Shown piece by piece: positions 57,412 through 64,000 of a DNA stretch of 64,000 nucleotides (position 1 is the stretch's first letter; each line of letters opens with the position of its first letter). Origin of the DNA: Candidatus Latescibacterota bacterium (GTDB lineage: Bacteria; Latescibacterota; UBA2968; UBA8231); assembly GCA_965203175.1 (NCBI GenBank), contig OZ241867.1, positions 3,040,001 through 3,104,000 on the forward strand, given 5' to 3'. The position numbers and the translations under genes are program-made. The notes under the pieces were generated by a model. The model did no database searches. It worked only from the letters and a program-made list of their open reading frames with translations, and was not told the origin of the DNA.

Positions 57412-59413
57412 CCCGCCCTCGGCAGCCCCAGTGAGTTGGCGCGAGTTGGGGATGGCAGGTGGTCTCTTCCTCTTGGCTTTGGTCGTGCGTCTGGTCTATC
57501 TGGAGCACTGCCAAGACAATCCCTTTTTCTCGGCCCCGGTAGTGGACGCCCACTCCTATGTGGCGCAGGCGCGGCAGATCGCCGAGGTGTCTTGGGTGGG
57601 AGACAAGCCCTTTTGGCAGCCGCCTCTATACCCCTATTTTCTCGCCCTGATCTACGCCGTTTCCGGAGACTTGTTCTGGACGCCCCGATTTATCCAGTTC
57701 CTCTTGGGGGCGGCCTCTTGTGCTTTGGTGTTTGGCATCGGTCGGCAGGTATTTTGCTCTCGGGTCGGTCTCCTCGCTGGGGCTATGGCCTGTCTATACG
57801 GACCCTCCATCTATTTTGAGGGAGAGTTACTACCTACCGCGCTGGCCGTTTTTCTCAATCTCTTGTTGCTCTTGGTCCTGCTCCAACCCGGCCGGGGATG
57901 GGGACAGGCTCTAGTCTCGGGCCTCGTCCAAGGCTTGGCCATAGTCGCTGTGCCCAATGCGGCCCTGTTGGCTCCTTGCGCCTGTTTGTGGTACTGGAAG
58001 AGCGCCGAGCGAGCCGTGCGGAGCAAGCTGGTCTGGTGCCTGCTGTTTGCGGCTACAGCCAGTGCCGTGGGCGGCGTGGTGACGGCGAGAAATTGGGTGG
58101 TCAGTGGCGAGTTCATCCCCTTGTCTTGGAACGGCGGAGTAAATTTCTACTTGGGCAACCATCCCGATTACGACCGCCTGGTGGGGATTCGCCCAGGGCC
58201 GGAATGGGAGGGCTTAATGGAGCAGCCGATAGCAGCGGGCTATGTAGGGTACGCTGAGCGCTCGGCCTATTTCTACCGACAAGCCGGCGACTGGATCGCC
58301 AGTGCGCCGGGGGATTTTGTGCGGTTGTTGGGGTACAAGGCGTTTTTGTTGGCGCGGGGCGAGGAGATCAAGCGCAACCAAGACGTGTACTTCGCCCGCA
58401 CCTATTCTTGGCTGATGAGCGTCTTGCTGTGGAAAATCCACCACTTTGCCTTTCCTTTTGGGCTACTGGGGCCCTTGGCTGCTGTGGGTATGGTCTTGGC
58501 TTGGCGGCACCGACTCCAGGTGAGTTTGCTGCTGCTCTGCACCGGCGCGTACAGCGCCTCGCTCTTGCTCTTTTTTATTACCGGCCGCTATCGCCTGCCC
58601 TTGGTGCCGCTACTGCTGCTCTTTGCCGGATACGCCCTGCTCTGGCTGGTGCAACAGGGGCAGGCCCGACAGTGGCGTCCCTTGGGGATCGGTGTGGCTT
58701 TGGTCGTCTTGCTGGGGATCGCCGCCAACGCTGGCCTGCGGCCAGCCGATCCCTTGGCCGACGCGGAAATACACTTTGATTTGGGACGCGGCCAAGCCCA
58801 ACGGGGACAGTATGCGGCTGCGATGCGCTCCTTTGGGACCGCCGTGCAACTCGATCCAAATTACCTGCGCGCCCGCCACAATCTGGGCGTGGCGCTGGCG
58901 GCGATGAAGCGCTACGACGAGGCCGAGGCAGTTTATCGGCAGGCCTTGGCGCAAGCACCAGAAGATCGGGGGCTGCACTTCAATTTGGCGGCTCTGTACC
59001 GGGCTACGGGACGATACGAGCAAGCGGTGGAGCACTACCGCCGAGTTCTGGCAAAAGAGGCTGACGCAGCGGTTTTTCTATCTCTGGGACAGGTCTATAA
59101 GAGAATGGAGGCAACGGAGCAAGCCCGGGAAGCCTTTACCGCGGCGCTAAGTGAAGACAAAGTGCGGGCGCAGGCGGCCAATGAACTGGGCCTGATCGAG
59201 GTCCGGCAAGGGGCGTTGGAGCGGGCGATTGATTATTTCGCTATGGCCCTAAAAGCCGCGCCCGGCAATCACTTGATCGCCTTTAATCTAGGGGCGGCCT
59301 ACCACGACTTGGGCCAATTCGACAAGGCGGCCCAGTTCTATCGCCTGACCTTGGGCTTGGCTCCCGACTACGCCAAAGCCCAGCGCGCATTGACGCGATT
59401 GCAGCGGCGATAG
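57404..59413 (+). CDS. GT-C fold (ArnT/PMT-like) membrane glycosyltransferase fused to TPRs
   Basis: PVVDA, WQPPLY, YFEGEL, NFYLGN, EIKRNQDVY, GRYRLP, C-terminal TPRs. Paralog of 7830..9920. Confidence 0.75.
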   Translation: MNSPPSAAPVSWRELGMAGGLFLLALVVRLVYLEHCQDNPFFSAPVVDAHSYVAQARQIAEVSWVGDKPFWQPPLYPYFLALIYAVSGDLFWTPRFIQFLLGAASCALVFGIGRQVFCSRVGLLAGAMACLYGPSIYFEGELLPTALAVFLNLLLLLVLLQPGRGWGQALVSGLVQGLAIVAVPNAALLAPCACLWYWKSAERAVRSKLVWCLLFAATASAVGGVVTARNWVVSGEFIPLSWNGGVNFYLGNHPDYDRLVGIRPGPEWEGLMEQPIAAGYVGYAERSAYFYRQAGDWIASAPGDFVRLLGYKAFLLARGEEIKRNQDVYFARTYSWLMSVLLWKIHHFAFPFGLLGPLAAVGMVLAWRHRLQVSLLLLCTGAYSASLLLFFITGRYRLPLVPLLLLFAGYALLWLVQQGQARQWRPLGIGVALVVLLGIAANAGLRPADPLADAEIHFDLGRGQAQRGQYAAAMRSFGTAVQLDPNYLRARHNLGVALAAMKRYDEAEAVYRQALAQAPEDRGLHFNLAALYRATGRYEQAVEHYRRVLAKEADAAVFLSLGQVYKRMEATEQAREAFTAALSEDKVRAQAANELGLIEVRQGALERAIDYFAMALKAAPGNHLIAFNLGAAYHDLGQFDKAAQFYRLTLGLAPDYAKAQRALTRLQRR

Positions 59414-59540
59414 CCCTGAGGGATCGTTTGGAACTCATGGGAGATCATCATACGGGCTAAGACGACCGAACCGACACAAGATACATCAACGCATTATGCA
59501 AGGACTGCGGTAATTTGACGACGCGGAATGGGATGCGAGA

Positions 59541-61691
59541 CTAGTAAGCGACGGCAAAGACGCCTCGTTGGGTATATTGCTCCTCGGAATCGAGCGTCAA
59601 TTCGTAGATATAGGTGCCGGGCTGAACCAACGCGTCCTGTCCGGCACGGCCATTCCACTCTTGGCTGAAAACCCCGCTGCGCGCCTTGAGCACCGGCAAA
59701 TGCGCCACCAGCCGACCCGCTAAATCGTAGATACGCACCTGTACCGGCCGGTCGGCGGTGACCTCGCGCAGCTTGTAGGCGATGGTCAACGTCTCGTTGA
59801 TCCCATCGCCATTGGGGGTGAACACCGCAGGCACAGCCACATCCACCAGCAGATCACCTCCCACCGGCGTGTTGACCGCCAGCAAGTCGCCAGCAAAGCG
59901 GAACGTGGCATTGCCCGGGTCAATCCGCTGCCGAATCTGATCCGGGTCCGTGCTGCTGAACACCCAGCCGCTGAACTCGGTGCCAAAGCGCAGCACGGGC
60001 ACGTCAAAGGCGACTTCGATCTGTTTGAAGTTGTCGGCGCTGCCCGTCAGGGGAGGGAAGGACACGATCAGGCGATCGTCGAGCAGGTGGGGGACGAACT
60101 GGTCTAGATCGACCGGCTGGCCATCCAGCCGCACGGCGCGCACCGCGTGGACCCGGACATGGGTGAGGATTTCCAAGCGGTCAAAGCCGGCGTTGTCGTC
60201 GTTGAGGGTGGGCAAGACCACATAGGTAAAAGGGGTTGGTTCAAAGGAGTTGACCTCGATAGGCCAGATTTCGCCGACGAGCGCTTGCGCCGACAGGGTT
60301 TCGCTCAACTGCAGGGTGAGTTGATCTAGGCGCGGTGCCACGTGGAAGTCGGCGAACAGCTTGATGGCGAGTTGGATGTATCGGCTGGGACCGGGTGACA
60401 AAAGTAGCATGCCGTCCTGCCAGGCGCTGGCCGGCTGGTTGGGGTCGCGCAGGCCGGCGGCAAAGTCATAGGGCGATGACCAGAAGCTCCAGTTATCGGC
60501 ATCGTAGGTGGGCAGCAGTTGAGCGGCGATATCGATGTTGTCGTATTGGGCGCGAGTGATGGGTATGAGGTCGTCGTTGATATTGGGTGCGAAGTAGAGC
60601 AGCGGATCGGGGGTGTGGCCGGTGCGGGTGCGAATCTCGATGCGAGTGCCTGCGGGCATGTCTCCTTGCCAGCGTATTTTGCCCCAGGTGACGGGTTGGC
60701 CGAAGTCGAGGATGGGCGTCAGATAGGTTGTCTCGTGGACGTAACCATCGCCGTAGATTTCGAATTCGGCGATTTCGTAGTCGCGCAGGGGGAAGGCGCG
60801 CAGGGTGAGCCAGCGAACCGAGCGGATGGGAAAGCGCAGGTCGACGACGGGGTCGAGATTTTCGCGAGTGGTTTTCAGTACCGTCAGTCTGGGGTCGCCA
60901 TTGCGCACCCAGGTCAAGTCACCCAGGACCGTGCGTCGCTTGCTGGTGGCTACAGTGTTGATATTGCGACCTCCGCCGCGGCCGTAGTCGTTGGCATTGC
61001 ATGAGTCGTTGGCAAAGACAATCGAATTATCGCCAATGCGGATCTCATACCAAGCGAGGAAATTTTCGATGAAGCTGTCTTCGCCAAAGGTTTCGACGGC
61101 CGGGGTGGGAGTGCGCATGGTCTCGATTAATGGGCGGTCTTGCCGTCGGCTCAGGCGGGGGTAGAAGCGGATGCGGTTGATGGGCACACCAGCGCCAAAA
61201 TCGAATATAACGGAATTAGTCCAGGTAGATCCTACGCCCGGCGGAGCCCCCTCCTTTTGGACAAAGGCGCGAAAGGCGGCCGTGGTCGGATCGCCATCCA
61301 GCATCAGCTTGATCGAGGGTTGCATGTTGCCCCAGGACCAGCAACTATTGTTATTGAGGACTCTGGAGCCGGGGATATAGGGCAAGGGGATGGTGGCCCT
61401 GCCGGCGTCCACATCGGCCTGGGCGATATTGACGCTGGGGTCAATAAGCTGGGGCTGGATCGAGGTGCCAGAAAAGTCAATCAGCGTATCGGCCCCCGCG
61501 CCAAAGGGCGAAACCCCCACCGATACTTGGCGCTCAACTTGGCCATCGGCAGCAAAGGCTTGGTAGGCGCTTTCCCCGGCTACCTGCCAGGGGTTGCCAT
61601 CGGGGCCCCCTAGGCGGTATTCCGTCCCTCCCAACACAGGCACAGCACCCAGCAAGACGCCGCAAAAACAGAGCAACATTATGCCTGCCAT
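59541..61691 (-). CDS. Secreted discoidin-like + FlgD-Ig/CHU_C-like protein (family member 6)
   Basis: AGGAGG RBS, signal peptide, LDGDP, DFGAGVPINRIRFYP, YEIAEFEIYGDGY, GEIWP, FTPNGDGINE, ends FAVAY. Confidence 0.8.
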   Translation of the reverse strand: MAGIMLLCFCGVLLGAVPVLGGTEYRLGGPDGNPWQVAGESAYQAFAADGQVERQVSVGVSPFGAGADTLIDFSGTSIQPQLIDPSVNIAQADVDAGRATIPLPYIPGSRVLNNNSCWSWGNMQPSIKLMLDGDPTTAAFRAFVQKEGAPPGVGSTWTNSVIFDFGAGVPINRIRFYPRLSRRQDRPLIETMRTPTPAVETFGEDSFIENFLAWYEIRIGDNSIVFANDSCNANDYGRGGGRNINTVATSKRRTVLGDLTWVRNGDPRLTVLKTTRENLDPVVDLRFPIRSVRWLTLRAFPLRDYEIAEFEIYGDGYVHETTYLTPILDFGQPVTWGKIRWQGDMPAGTRIEIRTRTGHTPDPLLYFAPNINDDLIPITRAQYDNIDIAAQLLPTYDADNWSFWSSPYDFAAGLRDPNQPASAWQDGMLLLSPGPSRYIQLAIKLFADFHVAPRLDQLTLQLSETLSAQALVGEIWPIEVNSFEPTPFTYVVLPTLNDDNAGFDRLEILTHVRVHAVRAVRLDGQPVDLDQFVPHLLDDRLIVSFPPLTGSADNFKQIEVAFDVPVLRFGTEFSGWVFSSTDPDQIRQRIDPGNATFRFAGDLLAVNTPVGGDLLVDVAVPAVFTPNGDGINETLTIAYKLREVTADRPVQVRIYDLAGRLVAHLPVLKARSGVFSQEWNGRAGQDALVQPGTYIYELTLDSEEQYTQRGVFAVAY

Positions 61692-63114
61692 GACTCCCTC
61701 CTTGCTGCTTCACCAATACAAAGTGTGCAGTTCAAAGGTTGTGAAGATTAAGTATACAACCAAGCTGAGCATTTAGAAACAAAATTTCTTCCTCGTTTTC
61801 GATTTCAATAGGCGACGGCAAAGACGCCCTGTTGGGTGTATTGCTCCTCGGAATCGAGCGTCAATTCGTAGATATAGGTGCCGGGTTGAACCAACGCGTC
61901 CTGCTCATTGCGACCGTTCCACTCCTGGACAAAGACACCACTGCGGGCTTTGACCACCGGCAGGTGCGCCAGCAGCCGACCCGCTAAATCGTAGATACGC
62001 ACCTGCACGGCCCGCTCTACTGTGACCTCGCGCAGCTTGTAGGCGATGGTCAAGGTCTCGTTGATCCCATCGCCGTTGGGGGTAACTACTTGGGGCACTT
62101 GCACATCCACCAGCAGATCACCTCCCACCGGCGTGTTGACCGCCAGCAAGTCGCCAGCAAAGCGGAACGTGGCATTGCCCGGGTCAATCCGCTGCCGAAT
62201 CTGATCCGGGTCCGTGCTGCTGAACACCCAGCCGCTGAACTCAGTGCCAAAGCGCAGCACCGGCACGTCGAAGGCGACTTCGATCTGTTTGAAGTTGTCG
62301 GCGCTGCCCGTCAGGGGAGGGAAGGACACGATCAGGCGATCGTCGAGCAGGTGGGGGACGAACTGGTCTAGATCGACCGGCTGGCCATCCAGCCGCACGG
62401 CGCGCACCGCGTGCGCCCGGACATGGGTGAGGATTTCCAAGCGGTCAAAGCCGGCGTTGTCGTCGTTGAGGGTGGGCAAGACCACATAGGTGAAGGGCGT
62501 GGGTTCAAAGGAGTTGACCTCGATAGGCCAGATTTCGCCGACGAGGGCCTGTGCCGACAGAGTTTCGCTCAACTGTAGGGTGAGTTGATCTAGGCGCGGC
62601 GCCACATTGAGGTCGGCGAAGAGTTTGATGGCGAGTTGGATGTATTGGCTGGGTCCGGGCGACAGCAGCGGGCTCCCGTCCTGCCAGGCGCTGGCCGGCT
62701 GGTCGGGGTCGCGCAAGCCAGCGGCAAAGTCATAGGGCGGCGACCAGAAGCTCCAGTTATCGGCATCGTAGGTGGGGACTAGCCGGGCGGCGATATCGAT
62801 GTTGGCGTGTTCGGCGCGGGTGATGGGTATGAGTTCGTCGTTGACATTGGGTGCGAAGTAGAGCAGCGGATCGGGGGTGTGGCCGGTGCGGGTGCGAATC
62901 TCGATGCGGGTGCCTGCGGGCATGTCGCCTTCCCAGCGTATTTTGCCCCAAGTGACGGGTTGTCCGAAGTCGAGGATGGGGGTTAGGTAGGTTGTCTCGT
63001 GGACGTAGCCGCCCCCATAGATTTCGAATTCGGCGATTTCGTAGTCGCGCAGGGGGAAGGCGCGCAGGGTGAGCCAGCGAACCGGGCGAGTGGAAAAGCG
63101 CAGGTCGACGATGG
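59545..63114. repeat. Direct repeat, ~1.3 kb units (about 59545-60850 and 61809-63114, offset 2264 bp)
   Basis: Long identical DNA tracts, e.g. 59841-59978 vs 62105-62242. Confidence 0.88.
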
Positions 63115-63964
63115 GGTTGAGATTTTCGCGGGTGGACTCCAGCACTGTCAGCAGGGGATCGCCGCTCCGCACCCACCGCAAGTTGCCCAGCACCGTGCGG
63201 CGCTTGCTGGTGGCCACAGCGCCTATGTCGCGCTTGGAGCTGTCGAAGAGGAAGGTGCTAGTACCGCTGCATGGATCTGGGGCAAAGACGACGGAGTTAT
63301 CGCCGGTGCGGATCTCATACCAAGCGAGAAAATTGTCGAGGAAGCTGTCTTGGCCGAAGCTCTCGACATCTGGAGTCGGTTCCCGCAGGGATTCGATCAG
63401 TTGGCGGTCTTCGCGCTGGCTCAGGCGGGGATAGAAGCGGATGCGATTGATGGGGATTGCGCCGCCAAGATCAAAGACCACGGCTCCCCTCCAGGTAGAG
63501 CCATCTCCAGGCCGGCCCCCGGCCCGTTGCACAAAGGTTCGAAAAGTGGCCGTAGAGGGATCGCCGTCCAGCATTAGTTTGATCGTATTGGCATGTAATT
63601 GCGCCTGACCGCAACTATTAGTAAGGACTCTCGAACCGGGCATATAGGGCAGGGGGATCTCGGTCTTGCTGGCGTGGACATCGGCCCGGGCGATATTGAC
63701 GGAGGGATCAATCAAACGGGGCTGAATGGCTGTGCCGGAGAAATCGACCAGCGTATCGGCCCCCGCGCCAAAGGGCGATATCCTCACTGGCACTTGTCTC
63801 TCTGGCTGGCCGTCGGCATCTTGGATCTGAAAGAAGCTCTCTTTGGTCAAGACCGTCTGCCAATCGTTTCCGCTAATCCCGCCCAGACGGTATTCGGTTG
63901 CACCAAATACGTGCGCAGCACTGAGCGGCATAGTAAAAACGAGAAATAACACAAGCCCTGCCAT
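61805..63964 (-). CDS. Secreted discoidin-like + FlgD-Ig/CHU_C-like protein (family member 7), tandem duplicate of member 6
   Basis: AAGGAG RBS; near-identical C-terminal ~60% to 59541..61691; ends FAVAY. Confidence 0.8.
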   Translation of the reverse strand: MAGLVLFLVFTMPLSAAHVFGATEYRLGGISGNDWQTVLTKESFFQIQDADGQPERQVPVRISPFGAGADTLVDFSGTAIQPRLIDPSVNIARADVHASKTEIPLPYMPGSRVLTNSCGQAQLHANTIKLMLDGDPSTATFRTFVQRAGGRPGDGSTWRGAVVFDLGGAIPINRIRFYPRLSQREDRQLIESLREPTPDVESFGQDSFLDNFLAWYEIRTGDNSVVFAPDPCSGTSTFLFDSSKRDIGAVATSKRRTVLGNLRWVRSGDPLLTVLESTRENLNPIVDLRFSTRPVRWLTLRAFPLRDYEIAEFEIYGGGYVHETTYLTPILDFGQPVTWGKIRWEGDMPAGTRIEIRTRTGHTPDPLLYFAPNVNDELIPITRAEHANIDIAARLVPTYDADNWSFWSPPYDFAAGLRDPDQPASAWQDGSPLLSPGPSQYIQLAIKLFADLNVAPRLDQLTLQLSETLSAQALVGEIWPIEVNSFEPTPFTYVVLPTLNDDNAGFDRLEILTHVRAHAVRAVRLDGQPVDLDQFVPHLLDDRLIVSFPPLTGSADNFKQIEVAFDVPVLRFGTEFSGWVFSSTDPDQIRQRIDPGNATFRFAGDLLAVNTPVGGDLLVDVQVPQVVTPNGDGINETLTIAYKLREVTVERAVQVRIYDLAGRLLAHLPVVKARSGVFVQEWNGRNEQDALVQPGTYIYELTLDSEEQYTQQGVFAVAY

Positions 63965-64000
63965 AGCGCGCTCCTTAGTATTTAGTCGACTCGCTCTAAT

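Noticed and set aside
59414-59540. Intergenic stretch as an IS end or small RNA
   Set aside because: No inverted-repeat partner, target duplication, transposase fragment or convincing structure was found.
59541-63964. Diversity-generating retroelement behind the variable loops
   Set aside because: No reverse transcriptase or template repeat in the window; differences include indels and are not visibly adenine-specific.
1-64000. Frequent CTA codons/CTAG sites or the in-motif TGA at 29811 as signs of genetic-code reassignment
   Set aside because: Genes terminate normally at TAA, TAG and TGA, with paralogs ending at equivalent positions; standard code 11 fits.

Overview
High-GC, gene-dense bacterial window with about 40 CDS and no rRNA, tRNA, CRISPR array or intact mobile element visible. 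The gene content (phytanoyl-CoA dioxygenase paralogs, ASPIC/UnbV proteins, DUF6785-type transporter, C-terminal [ST]WGxLK tails) resembles Ca. Latescibacterota/Poribacteria-type genomes; this is an inference. Most of the window is a cell-envelope locus. It holds seven paralogous secreted proteins with a discoidin-like N-terminal domain carrying variable loops, a conserved middle region, and a C-terminal FlgD-Ig/CHU_C-like domain (TPNGDxxND ... ending in Tyr). It also holds two tandem ~910-aa putative outer-membrane proteins, three CRTAC1/ASPIC-UnbV lipoproteins, two GT-C glycosyltransferase-TPR fusions, two parvulin PPIases and TPR lipoproteins. One operon joins a PorV/PorP-like barrel, a 1081-aa TPR protein, ExbB, ExbD and a TonB-like-anchor/DUF4159 protein. 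A central block (21.7-34.9 kb) carries aroA and sugar/small-molecule catabolic genes. The best candidate for a new system is a T9SS-like or Ton-energised surface display/uptake machine with a repertoire of variable-loop cargo proteins and two distinct C-terminal sorting signals. All family assignments come from motif reading by eye, not from database searches.
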